Positions 29,943-39,587 of a DNA stretch of 64,000 bases are shown one piece after another; positions within the stretch are counted from its first letter, which is position 1; each line of letters opens with the position of its first letter. The notes beneath the pieces were generated by a model. The model was not told where the DNA came from and ran no database searches. It saw only the letters and a list, made by a program, of their open reading frames with translations. The translations under genes were made by a program, and so were the position numbers. Source of the DNA: an uncultured Nitrososphaerota archaeon (GTDB taxonomy: Archaea > Thermoproteota > Nitrososphaeria > Nitrososphaerales > CADDZS01). The stretch is from positions 96,001 through 160,000 of the forward strand of contig CAWCYI010000007.1 in NCBI GenBank assembly GCA_963799845.1, read 5' to 3'.

Positions 29943-32060
29943 TTGAGAGTCTGGCCGGGTTCTTCGTCTCCTCTGGGAGCGACGTGGGACGGAAGGGGCG
30001 TCAACTTCGCCATCTTCTCTGAAAACGCGACAGGCATAACCCTGCTTCTGTACCAGAGCGAACAGTCAAAAGAACCGAAATACAGAGTTCCATTATCGGA
30101 ACGAACCGGGTACGTCTGGCACGCGTACCTGCCCGATATTCTGCCCGGTCAGTTGTATGCGTATTCTGTAGACGGGCCGTACGATCCTCAGAAAGGCTTT
30201 CGATTCAACCCTAACAAGGCGCTTATCGACCCTTATGCGAAGGCTGTTGCGGGGACGATTTCCTGGGATAACGCGATGTTTGGATACAAAATTGGGGACA
30301 GTTCAGAAGACATGTCATTCGACGAAAGAGATTCGGGCCCGTTTCTCCCAAAGTCCATAGTCATTGATACCGCGTACGACTGGGAAGGGGACAAGCTTCT
30401 ACGAACTCCTTGGAACGAGACCGTGATCTACGAAACACACGTAAAAGGTCTGACGAAGCTCCATCCCGAGGTTCCAGAGGAAGAAAGAGGAACTTATTCG
30501 GGACTTTCTTCACCGAAAATTATCAGGTACCTGAAAGATCTTGGGATAAGCGCAATTGAATTACTTCCGATACATCACCATGTCGACAACAAGTTTCTGG
30601 TAATAGACGGTCTAGTAAACTACTGGGGTTACAATACGATAGGCTACTTTGCTCCAGATTCGCGCTACTCCAGCACTGGAAAGTACGGGGAGCAAGTGAA
30701 GGAGTTCAAGGACATGGTTAAGGCGCTCCACAGAGCCGGAATCGAAGTAATTCTGGATGTAGTCTATAACCATACTGGAGAAGGGAACCAGCTTGGCCCT
30801 ACTCTGAGCTTTCGCGGCATCGACAATACTTCTTACTATCGAGTTTCGCCGGAAAATCCCCGGCTTTATGTCGACTTTACTGGAACGGGAAACAGCCTGA
30901 ATGTGCGCCATCCTAGTGTGATTCAGATGATTATGGACAGTTTGAGGTACTGGGTGCTGGAAATGCACGTGGATGGATTTCGTTTTGATCTTGCTTCGAC
31001 ACTTGCCCGCGAGCTGTGGGAAGTTGATCATCTTTCAAGTTTTTTTGAAGTGATTCAGCAAGATCCCGTTATTTCTCGCGTAAAATTGATCGCCGAACCC
31101 TGGGACCTGGGGAGTGGCGGCTATCAGGTGGGGAATTTTCCCGCCCTTTGGGCCGAATGGAATGCTAAATACAGAGATTCTATCCGCAAGTTCCGGCGTG
31201 GTGACGAAAGTCAGGTCCCTGAGATGGCTTATCGACTAACGGGATCTAGCGATCTCTATCAGGAGAACGGCAGAAATCCACATGCCAGTATCAATTTTGT
31301 GACCTGTCATGACGGGTTTACACTGAACGATCTGGTCAGTTACAACTCAAAACACAACGAGGCTAACAAAGAAGAAAATAGAGATGGAACTGATGATAAC
31401 AACAGTTTCAATTTCGGCGAAGAGGGAGAGACAGCGAATCAGACTATACTCGCTCTACGAACAAAGCAGATGAAGAATTTCCTCTGCACACTCTTTCTTT
31501 CCCAAGGTGTCCCGATGATTTTAGGTGGTGACGAGATCGGGAGGACACAGCAGGGTAACAACAACGCGTACTGTCAGGACAACGAGACAAGTTGGTTCAA
31601 TTGGAACCTTGGCCATCGTCAGAAAGATTTGCTAGATTTCACGACTCGCCTAATTTCCTTTCGAAAGGAGCACCCAATTCTGAGAAGAAGGAAATTTTTC
31701 CAGGGTAGGAAATTATTCGGTGCGTCCAAGGACATAACGTGGCTTCAGCCAAACGGTGAAGAGATGACTGATCAGGCTTGGAATGAATCTCGAATTCATA
31801 CGATTGGAATGATTTTGTCAGGGGACGCAATCGATGAAGTAGATCAGAAAGGTTCCCGAATTGCCGACGATACTCTACTGATATTATTGAACGCTAAGGA
31901 TCAATCTGCAAAGTTTCGAGTACCGAAAGTTTATGAAAAATGGGAAGTTCTGATCCACACCTTGGCTCAGGATATGAAAGAGGGCAAGAGAAAACTTGCG
32001 GGGGGTGACACATTCGAGCTTGAGGAACGGTCGGTAGTAGTGATGAGAGGAACTGCTTAA
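29943..32060 (+). CDS. glgX: Glycogen debranching enzyme (isoamylase)
   Basis: PLGATWDG, NYWGY, DVVYNH, GFRFDLA, IAEPWD, NNNAYCQDN. Confidence 0.96.
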   Translation: MRVWPGSSSPLGATWDGRGVNFAIFSENATGITLLLYQSEQSKEPKYRVPLSERTGYVWHAYLPDILPGQLYAYSVDGPYDPQKGFRFNPNKALIDPYAKAVAGTISWDNAMFGYKIGDSSEDMSFDERDSGPFLPKSIVIDTAYDWEGDKLLRTPWNETVIYETHVKGLTKLHPEVPEEERGTYSGLSSPKIIRYLKDLGISAIELLPIHHHVDNKFLVIDGLVNYWGYNTIGYFAPDSRYSSTGKYGEQVKEFKDMVKALHRAGIEVILDVVYNHTGEGNQLGPTLSFRGIDNTSYYRVSPENPRLYVDFTGTGNSLNVRHPSVIQMIMDSLRYWVLEMHVDGFRFDLASTLARELWEVDHLSSFFEVIQQDPVISRVKLIAEPWDLGSGGYQVGNFPALWAEWNAKYRDSIRKFRRGDESQVPEMAYRLTGSSDLYQENGRNPHASINFVTCHDGFTLNDLVSYNSKHNEANKEENRDGTDDNNSFNFGEEGETANQTILALRTKQMKNFLCTLFLSQGVPMILGGDEIGRTQQGNNNAYCQDNETSWFNWNLGHRQKDLLDFTTRLISFRKEHPILRRRKFFQGRKLFGASKDITWLQPNGEEMTDQAWNESRIHTIGMILSGDAIDEVDQKGSRIADDTLLILLNAKDQSAKFRVPKVYEKWEVLIHTLAQDMKEGKRKLAGGDTFELEERSVVVMRGTA

Positions 32061-32118
32061 TCCGAAAACCGTGAACTTTACAGGATTAGAGTTATTCTCA
32101 AAGAATGATTTGGTCTTG

Positions 32119-34143
32119 TCATTCTAATTTGAGTATATGCGCGGGTTCTATATTCGGGTCGAGTCGAACATAGTTGGTTTCACCTTTCCATATGAAAGAT
32201 TTTCCAGAGATCAAGTCCGTTACCTCGTAGCTATCGTTTAGGCCGAGCTCTTTCAAAGGAACTTTGACAAATCCTTCGTGAGCAGAGAAGGGATCAAGGT
32301 TTACGGCGACCATGATCACACTTGACAGGTCCCTTGACCACTTGCCGTAGAATATTATTTGATCGCTCGTACATTCAAGCAGCCTCAGATTCGAATTCTC
32401 TTGTAAGGCGCGATTCTCCTTCCTGATTTTGTTTATCTTTGAAATGTAATCCTTGATGTTACCTTGTCGGTTCCAATCCCATACCTTATACTGATATTTT
32501 TCGGAATCGAGATACTCTTCCGAACCCTTGCTCCTCGCTTTGCCTTCACACAGTTCAAAACCATTATAGATTCCGTATGAAGATGATAGAGTAGCGGCTA
32601 GCGTCTCCCTGATCTTGAAGGCCGGCCTGCCGCCGGTCTGGAGGTACTCAGGCAGTATGTCTGGAGTATTTGTGAATAAATTAGGGCGATAGTATTCGAG
32701 TGTGTCGGACAGGAAGAATTCCTGAATAAACTCCGTCAATTCGCTCTTCGAATTTTTCCAGGTAAAGTACGTATACGACTGATCAAAGCCAGCCTTCGCC
32801 AAGAGTTTCATTGGTTTAGGTCTGGTGAACGCTTCCGAGAGAAAAACTATATCTGGAAACCGCGTCCTTATGGTTGATATCATCCATTCCCAGAAAGCGA
32901 CAGGTTTCGTGTGCGGATTGTCTACTCTGAATATTCTGATTCCCTTTTCAATCCAGAAGATGACTACCCTGAGCAATTCTTCCCAAAGTTTTTTCCAGTT
33001 TTCATTTTCGAAGTTCAAAGGATAAATATCGTAGTATTTTTTCGGCGGGTTCTCTGCATATCGGATCGTCCCGTCACCTCTTCGATAAAACCACTCGGGA
33101 TGCATTCTTGCATAGGGGTGATCGGGTGAGACCTGAAACGCAATATCTAATGCAATTTCGATCCCCATCTCTTTTGCTTCCGATACGAAGTGTAGAAAAT
33201 CATCCATTGTCCCGAGATCGGGATTTATTGAATCGTGTCCACCTAGCTCGCTCCCTATCGCCCAGGGACTTCCGGGGTCTAACTCAGAGTTGCTTTGAGT
33301 GTTATTCGGTCCCCTGCGATTGGTGTGGCCAATGGGATGAACGGGCGGAAGATAAACGACATCGAATCCCATCTCACTGATTTCTTCAAGCCTAGATTCT
33401 CCCTCTTTGAATGTGGCACTCCTGCCTTCCGCGGTTCCTTGGGAGCGATGAAACATTTCGTACCATGTCGAGTATCTAGCGATGCTCCTATCGACTATTA
33501 CTTGGAATGTTTCGCTTGCGCTGTAACCTTCCTTTTCGAGATTTCTTACAACAAGCGCCGAGAATTTCGGTTCAGAAATTAGTTTCAATAGCTCCGTCCT
33601 GTCAGATTCCGAGAATGGAGCTTCTCCAAAGGTTGCAATCTCGTTAAGCCGCTCCTTGATTATGGATTTCTCTCCTGGAGAAGCGAAAATCGAAGCCTTG
33701 ACTCCTAGGTCGATTAGCTCTGCGATATCCAAACTGACATCTTCACCAGATTCGATCCACTTTTGGATTTCTCGAATTTTTGTCGAATACGGGTCCTCCC
33801 ACGCCTCTATGAAAAACTCGCAGACGCCCAAGAGGGATAGAGTAAGTGTTGCGGACCACTTGTCTTCGTCGAAGCTATACATCATCGCCTCTCTATTCCA
33901 GTACTGGTTACCCTGCATCCTCCAATTCAGGAAAGCTGCCAGAAGTTCGTGCCCTGGTCTCAGTATGTTCGCGCTTACTTCGAGAATATCTCCAACTACA
34001 CGTTTTACAGGGAATCGACCGCAGTCAACTTGAGGTGATACGCTAAGTATGATGGTTGAAGATGGCAGTCTTTGTTTTAGATCAATCAGGCCGGGACTCT
34101 CGTTGAATGCTTTAAATTCGTCTCCGTTACTCTCCTTCTCCAA
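32119..34143 (-). CDS. glgE: Alpha-1,4-glucan:maltose-1-phosphate maltosyltransferase
   Basis: WYEMF, YLPPVHPIG, AENPPKKY, FRVDNPHTKP, SEAFT, QSYTYFTW, NTPDIL. Confidence 0.95.
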   Translation of the reverse strand: MEKESNGDEFKAFNESPGLIDLKQRLPSSTIILSVSPQVDCGRFPVKRVVGDILEVSANILRPGHELLAAFLNWRMQGNQYWNREAMMYSFDEDKWSATLTLSLLGVCEFFIEAWEDPYSTKIREIQKWIESGEDVSLDIAELIDLGVKASIFASPGEKSIIKERLNEIATFGEAPFSESDRTELLKLISEPKFSALVVRNLEKEGYSASETFQVIVDRSIARYSTWYEMFHRSQGTAEGRSATFKEGESRLEEISEMGFDVVYLPPVHPIGHTNRRGPNNTQSNSELDPGSPWAIGSELGGHDSINPDLGTMDDFLHFVSEAKEMGIEIALDIAFQVSPDHPYARMHPEWFYRRGDGTIRYAENPPKKYYDIYPLNFENENWKKLWEELLRVVIFWIEKGIRIFRVDNPHTKPVAFWEWMISTIRTRFPDIVFLSEAFTRPKPMKLLAKAGFDQSYTYFTWKNSKSELTEFIQEFFLSDTLEYYRPNLFTNTPDILPEYLQTGGRPAFKIRETLAATLSSSYGIYNGFELCEGKARSKGSEEYLDSEKYQYKVWDWNRQGNIKDYISKINKIRKENRALQENSNLRLLECTSDQIIFYGKWSRDLSSVIMVAVNLDPFSAHEGFVKVPLKELGLNDSYEVTDLISGKSFIWKGETNYVRLDPNIEPAHILKLE

Positions 34144-34158
34144 CGTAGATCGCCCCTC

Positions 34159-36405
34159 TCAGCTTGCAGATTTAGAGTCGTTCACTTCGGCTTGGTCGAA
34201 TTCTAGCACGACCAGCGCCAGTGGGGGAAGGGTCAGATTCAGCGAATGAGGCAATCCGTGCCACGGGATGACTTCTGATTTCACTCCACCCAGGTTTCCG
34301 ACGCCGCTTCCACCGTACTCTTTTGCGTCGCTGTTCAGAATCTCTTTGTAAAATCCGTCACTCGGAACACCGATTCGATAACTGTATCTAACAATCGGAG
34401 TCATATTGCAAACTACTATAGCGAACTTTTTCGTATCTGTGCTCGATTTTCTGATGAAGCTGATAATGCTCTGTTCTGCGTCCTTGAAGTCGATCCATTC
34501 AAACCCTTCGTATGAAAAATCGAGATCGTGAAATTCGGAAGCGGTCGAATAAATGTGATTTAAATCTTTTACAAAATTGATTGTTTTTCTATTTAGAGCG
34601 TGATCAGCCTCAGCCCACTCGAGCTCGGTTCTAAAGTTCCACTCATTTCTCTGTCCGAATTCTGATCCCATGAAAAGCAGTTTCTTGCCGGGATGCACGA
34701 ACATGTACCCAAGGCACAATCGGAGGTTTGCAAATTTCTGCCACTCGTCTCCTGGCATTTTGTTCAGTAGAGACTTTTTGCCATAAACTACTTCGTCATG
34801 CGACAAGACGAGCACGAATTTTTCGCTGAAAGCATAGAGCAAGCTAAAAGTAAGGTTCCTTTGATGATGCTTTCGAAAGATCGGATCAGTCTGAAAATAA
34901 TCGAGTGTATCGTGCATCCAGCCCATGTTCCACTTCATATCGAATCCTAGGCCACCCTTTTTCTCGGGGTGAGTGACACCTGGCCAAGCCGTCGATTCCT
35001 CTGCAATCATCATAGCTTTTGGAAATAACTCATGAACTATCTCGTTAGTCCCTCTAAGGAACTCCAATGCTTCCAGGTTTTCCCGCCCACCATACTTGTT
35101 CGGAATCCAGTCTCCCTGTTTTCTAGAATAATCCAGATAGAGCATCGATGCGACAGCGTCGAGACGAAGACCGTCGACGTGGTATTTGTCAAACCAAAAT
35201 AACGCATTGCAGAGGAGAAACATTCTTACCTCTTTTCTGGAGTAGTTGAAAATCAAAGTGCCCCAGTCGAGCTGCTCACCCTTTCTTGGATCTGCATGGT
35301 CGTACAGGTGGGTCCCGTCGAACATCGCTAGGCCGTAGTCGTCTTTAGGAAAATGTGCCGGTACCCAGTCGAGGATTACACCAATCCCTGCTCTATGACA
35401 TCTGTCAACAAAATACATGAAATCTTCTGGGGAACCATATCGCGACGTAGGAGCGTAATAATTAACGACCTGATATCCCCACGAATCGTCCAGCGGGTGC
35501 TCCATGATAGGCATCAGCTCGACGTGTGTGAATCCGAATTCATTTAGGTACGGAACAAGAGAGTCAGCGATTTCCCTGTAATTGAGAAAGGAACCGTCGC
35601 TTGCTTTCTTCCAAGACCCCAGATGAACTTCATAAATTGAGATGGGTGCGCTCGAGGTTTCGAAGCGGTCCATTTTCTGTTGGATCCACTTTTCGTCCGT
35701 CCAGTGATAATTGTCAATGTCGCAAACAATTGATGCAGTTCTTGGCCTTAGTTCCGCTTGGAAAGCATATGGATCAGCCTTTAGATGGATGCTACCATCT
35801 ACATTCGACTTTATTGAGTACTTGTATACCTCACCCTCTTTCACTCTCGGAACAAAGACCTCCCAGACTCCAGATAGACCTCTTGAACTCATAGGAGTTT
35901 CCCCGGCAAACCAGTGATTGAAACCAGCGACGACGGAAACGGATCTAGCGTTGGGTGCCCATACCGAAAAGTGTGTTCCGGATACCGAACCTACAGCGGT
36001 AACGTGAGAGCCGAGTCTTTCATAGATTTTCCGGTGCGTCCCTTCTCCGAATAGATAAAGATCGAGCTCTCCCAAGAGAGGGCCGAAGACATACGGATCT
36101 TCTCTTTCGTCGATGAAGCCGCTCCTGTCTTGGTAAGAAATTGTGTATCTTGGAATTTTTTCTGTTTCGAGTTGAGCTTCCCAAAATCCGCACGGATCAA
36201 TTTGAAAAAAGTCTTTTCTAACACCTTGGTCAAGGTTAAGCCACGCGTTGACAGCCCTTGGTAAGTAAGCCCTAAAGGAAACGATGCCTCTTTGGGAAAT
36301 AATATGAGCACCCAATATTGCAGAGGGATTGACCTCGTCACAGTTGACGATTTTTTCGATTTCTCCACTGCTGACTGTAGTTCGGATATCCTTCAAATAA
36401 ATCAC
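34159..36405 (-). CDS. glgB: 1,4-alpha-glucan branching enzyme (GH13)
   Basis: WAPNA, SWGYQ, DWVPAHFP, DAVASMLY, AEEST, WNMGWMHD, SHDEVV. Confidence 0.97.
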   Translation of the reverse strand: MIYLKDIRTTVSSGEIEKIVNCDEVNPSAILGAHIISQRGIVSFRAYLPRAVNAWLNLDQGVRKDFFQIDPCGFWEAQLETEKIPRYTISYQDRSGFIDEREDPYVFGPLLGELDLYLFGEGTHRKIYERLGSHVTAVGSVSGTHFSVWAPNARSVSVVAGFNHWFAGETPMSSRGLSGVWEVFVPRVKEGEVYKYSIKSNVDGSIHLKADPYAFQAELRPRTASIVCDIDNYHWTDEKWIQQKMDRFETSSAPISIYEVHLGSWKKASDGSFLNYREIADSLVPYLNEFGFTHVELMPIMEHPLDDSWGYQVVNYYAPTSRYGSPEDFMYFVDRCHRAGIGVILDWVPAHFPKDDYGLAMFDGTHLYDHADPRKGEQLDWGTLIFNYSRKEVRMFLLCNALFWFDKYHVDGLRLDAVASMLYLDYSRKQGDWIPNKYGGRENLEALEFLRGTNEIVHELFPKAMMIAEESTAWPGVTHPEKKGGLGFDMKWNMGWMHDTLDYFQTDPIFRKHHQRNLTFSLLYAFSEKFVLVLSHDEVVYGKKSLLNKMPGDEWQKFANLRLCLGYMFVHPGKKLLFMGSEFGQRNEWNFRTELEWAEADHALNRKTINFVKDLNHIYSTASEFHDLDFSYEGFEWIDFKDAEQSIISFIRKSSTDTKKFAIVVCNMTPIVRYSYRIGVPSDGFYKEILNSDAKEYGGSGVGNLGGVKSEVIPWHGLPHSLNLTLPPLALVVLEFDQAEVNDSKSAS

Positions 36406-36422
36406 TCCGCAAACAATCGATT

Positions 36423-38492
36423 CTAACTAGACCGCATCTGAAGCTCTATAGAAGTCTTGAACGGGTCATTGTTAGTACTTAGTTCAACATGATAACCGGG
36501 CAAAACCGAAATTCCCTGTAGATTGCTCTCGAATCCATTCTCTGAAAGAGAAACAGTCTTGACTGGTATAATCCAGCATGAATTCGCCCCCTGAAAGTTG
36601 ATGCTTGCTCGTAATTTGGGAACTTCATACGAAATTTCTACTTCGTCCGAGTTGGTTGTTATTGATTTTCCGTACCTTCTGGCAAATCCTTCGTCCGAAA
36701 GAGATCCAAGATTAATTTCTGGCACGAATAATCCGGATAAGCTTCCCCCGGAGGAGCGCAGCATCTCAATCTGATAATCGACCCTGAGCGCTGCGTAATT
36801 AGCTGGAACATGAATTATCTTTCTCAAGTTGATACTAAACCCTTCAGGATTTAGGCAGCGGCAGGACATGCTTACTGTGACTTCAAGATTAGACTTCTGA
36901 ATCTCTGCTTCATACTTGATGTCCGGGAAATTCGCAAGTTCGTGAAAATCCTGTTTTTCAAAGGAACGAATACCATCATTTTGTTCGAGGAGGAAGTCCA
37001 CAAATGCATATTTTGGGTGTCTGTCGTAAATCAGAAGTTTTTCGAGCCCTTTGTGTGTCAACTTCGGCGAGTCGTGAATTGATGTCGTCTTTTTTCGATT
37101 GGGAACTATTGTTCTGTCAATTGACTTCCTGATTTCATTATGATACCTCTCTGGCCTTCGTGCAAGTGTGTCCAAAAGGTTCGCGAAGCACGGCTTAAAA
37201 TCAAGCTCCGAAATAGATCCTCCCAAGCTTGGAAATATCGTCAACCCTAGGTTTTCGGTTTCTATGTAGATCTCTCTGTTGCCACCATTTGTGCTTTCGT
37301 CAGAGTGGATCCAGTTTTTCCCCCGTTCGAAACGAAGTTTCTCAAATCCCACATTTGCTCTTATCAGATGCTCGTACGTGATTCTACGAAGAATAGGGGC
37401 ATATAATCCTCCGAAGATTCCGTGCCAATACGCATCGTTACATTGCCCCTTCCACAAATCTAGCAAGGCTTCTTTATTGTTCGAGCCATCGAGCGAGTGA
37501 ATGTTTTGGCTGACCCTGAGCATTTTGGAGTAAATGTTGGCGCTCTCAGGATACTTCGCGAGAAAAAGACGCCAGAACCCTCGCAGAGGAACATCGTCCT
37601 TCCTGTTTGTTTTTCTCTGCGTATTTTGCAATTGGGCATACAGCGGTATCGCCCACTCCATCATCTCCGAGTAAGTAGAAGCGGGAAGATAAATTCTCTT
37701 GGTGGCAGGATTCGATTTGAGATATTCCGATAGTTTGACAGTTTCAATCCAGTCTTGTTTAGTGACAGTCTTAAGAAACGATTCGAGCCAACCTTCTTTG
37801 TAAACTCTGTCGAAGGTAGTCGGCCAAGCGCCAAACTTTTCACCATCGTCTCCGTACACTGCGATCTTGAAGTTCCGTTTCGCAGCTTCCCGGAGAAGCT
37901 CTATCGAAGTTGCAATCGGTTTGAACGGTATGTAATATCGTAGCTTTTTCAAAATTGGAAAAACAGTAACGAAATTCCCACGACTCTCTAACAAATAGGG
38001 CTCGTAACATCCGGATTCATCTAGACCAGAACTCTCGAAACTTACGTCGTCAACAACAGTGTGAACAGCCTTTACGGAAGCCAATATCTCTGGGAGATTG
38101 GGCTCCCACGCTCGTTCAGCCGTCCAGAATCCGAATGGATTTACCCCGAACAGGGATCTTATCTTGTCCGAAAGAAGATTAGTCTGTCCTTGGGCATCTG
38201 AATCAGGGATTACCGAAATGACTGGCTCGTAGTATGCTCCGCCGATAAACTCGATTTGACCTCTATCGACCAGCTCCCGCAATAGGAATATGAAATCCGG
38301 ATGATGATTTTCGAGCCATTCTAGCAGAGAGCCGGTATAGTGGAGATTTGCTTTGATTTTGGGAAATTCTGCTAGTTTTTTGATAAAAGGGAAGTACGAG
38401 GTTCGATAGATCCTTTCGATGATATCGTCAGGGTTTCCCACGGGCTGATGGTTGTGAATTACTAAAGCTAGTCTTATTTTCTGGTTTGCCAA
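36423..38492 (-). CDS. GH57 alpha-amylase / 4-alpha-glucanotransferase
   Basis: HNHQPVGN, ERAWEP, DDGEKFG, QCNDAYWHGIFGGLY. Confidence 0.92.
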   Translation of the reverse strand: MANQKIRLALVIHNHQPVGNPDDIIERIYRTSYFPFIKKLAEFPKIKANLHYTGSLLEWLENHHPDFIFLLRELVDRGQIEFIGGAYYEPVISVIPDSDAQGQTNLLSDKIRSLFGVNPFGFWTAERAWEPNLPEILASVKAVHTVVDDVSFESSGLDESGCYEPYLLESRGNFVTVFPILKKLRYYIPFKPIATSIELLREAAKRNFKIAVYGDDGEKFGAWPTTFDRVYKEGWLESFLKTVTKQDWIETVKLSEYLKSNPATKRIYLPASTYSEMMEWAIPLYAQLQNTQRKTNRKDDVPLRGFWRLFLAKYPESANIYSKMLRVSQNIHSLDGSNNKEALLDLWKGQCNDAYWHGIFGGLYAPILRRITYEHLIRANVGFEKLRFERGKNWIHSDESTNGGNREIYIETENLGLTIFPSLGGSISELDFKPCFANLLDTLARRPERYHNEIRKSIDRTIVPNRKKTTSIHDSPKLTHKGLEKLLIYDRHPKYAFVDFLLEQNDGIRSFEKQDFHELANFPDIKYEAEIQKSNLEVTVSMSCRCLNPEGFSINLRKIIHVPANYAALRVDYQIEMLRSSGGSLSGLFVPEINLGSLSDEGFARRYGKSITTNSDEVEISYEVPKLRASINFQGANSCWIIPVKTVSLSENGFESNLQGISVLPGYHVELSTNNDPFKTSIELQMRSS

Positions 38493-38561
38493 TACTGACT
38501 AATTCCCCCTCTGCTTAGAATAAACTGTCACGCTTAGCGGTTGAAATTCCAAACCACGACT

Positions 38562-39089
38562 TCAATACTTTTCGAGAATAGACTTTAGCTCCTTCGAGAG
38601 AAACCAAGATGGATTGAACTCCTTCAGTCTTTTCTTATCGCCTCCGGCTCTCATGTAATCCTTCATAGTCAGCCCCATCTCCAATTTGTCTATCTGCCAT
38701 ACTAGTTTCGATTCATTAGTTCTCGTTCCCATTAGTTCAGTCCAGTCCTGAAGGAGCTGCTTCCTAAATTTAGGCGGAAGCGAGTCAAATATTGATCTCG
38801 CAACATTGTCTTCCTGTTTCCTGTGTTCCTCTTCCGACTCTTTTTCTTCGGGCATCAGATCCCCGATTTCGCTTTCCGCAATGTCGTGAATCAGGCACAT
38901 CCGCATGATTTTGCCGGGCTCTAGTTTCATCATGTCTGCAAGGAACGCCCCGATGATCGCCATTCTGAAACTGTGGTCAGCGACGGATTCGGCGTCGACA
39001 ATTCCAGCTTTTGCCCATCCCTCTCTCCTCAGGGTCTTCAGTTTTCCAGCCGCCGCAAAAAGCGCAGCGGGGTCGTCGCTTAGGCTCAC
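38562..39089 (-). CDS. HD-domain hydrolase (YfbR/HDDC2-like 5'-deoxynucleotidase)
   Basis: REGW, ESVADHS, HDIAE, DKLE; GTG at 39089 preceded by a TTTATA box. Confidence 0.88.
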   Translation of the reverse strand: MSLSDDPAALFAAAGKLKTLRREGWAKAGIVDAESVADHSFRMAIIGAFLADMMKLEPGKIMRMCLIHDIAESEIGDLMPEEKESEEEHRKQEDNVARSIFDSLPPKFRKQLLQDWTELMGTRTNESKLVWQIDKLEMGLTMKDYMRAGGDKKRLKEFNPSWFLSKELKSILEKY

Positions 39090-39587
39090 TGGGTGATTAC
39101 CTTCCAAGTATAAATTCCTAAAATTCGCACAAAAAGAAGCATAAGGATTGTCTCTTTCATTAACAATCTTGATGACATGAAAAATGTTTCCGACTTCGAT
39201 ATCTTCTATTCTTGAGAAGATTGAAGCTAGAAGCCGAGAGATTGGACATGTGGCATTCAGAAATTCTAAAACCGCACCCTCTCCGCTGCGAAGCTTCAAC
39301 TGACTAGCGAGTCCATGTTTTCTCGAAGTATACACATAGATCTCATCTTGTATTCTACAATTGAACGACGCTGAAAAAGTGATTTCCACACAATTTTTAG
39401 AAAAAGTCCAATTAATGTTTCAAGATCCCTTGCTCTAAATGTTCAGTCTACCATTGTTGTTCGGTCTGCCGCATAGTCGTTCTGGGAAAAGAATCTTCGC
39501 AATCTGAGAGCCGAAGGAATAGTCCGCATTTGTAATTGGCTCAAACGATCAAAAAAAAGAAGAAAAGAGGTGAGTGAGGTTTTCAGA

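Noticed and set aside
39090-39389. 100-aa N-terminal extension of the HD hydrolase
   Set aside because: HD homology starts near GTG 39089, which has a TATA-like box just upstream; the extension has no recognisable motif.
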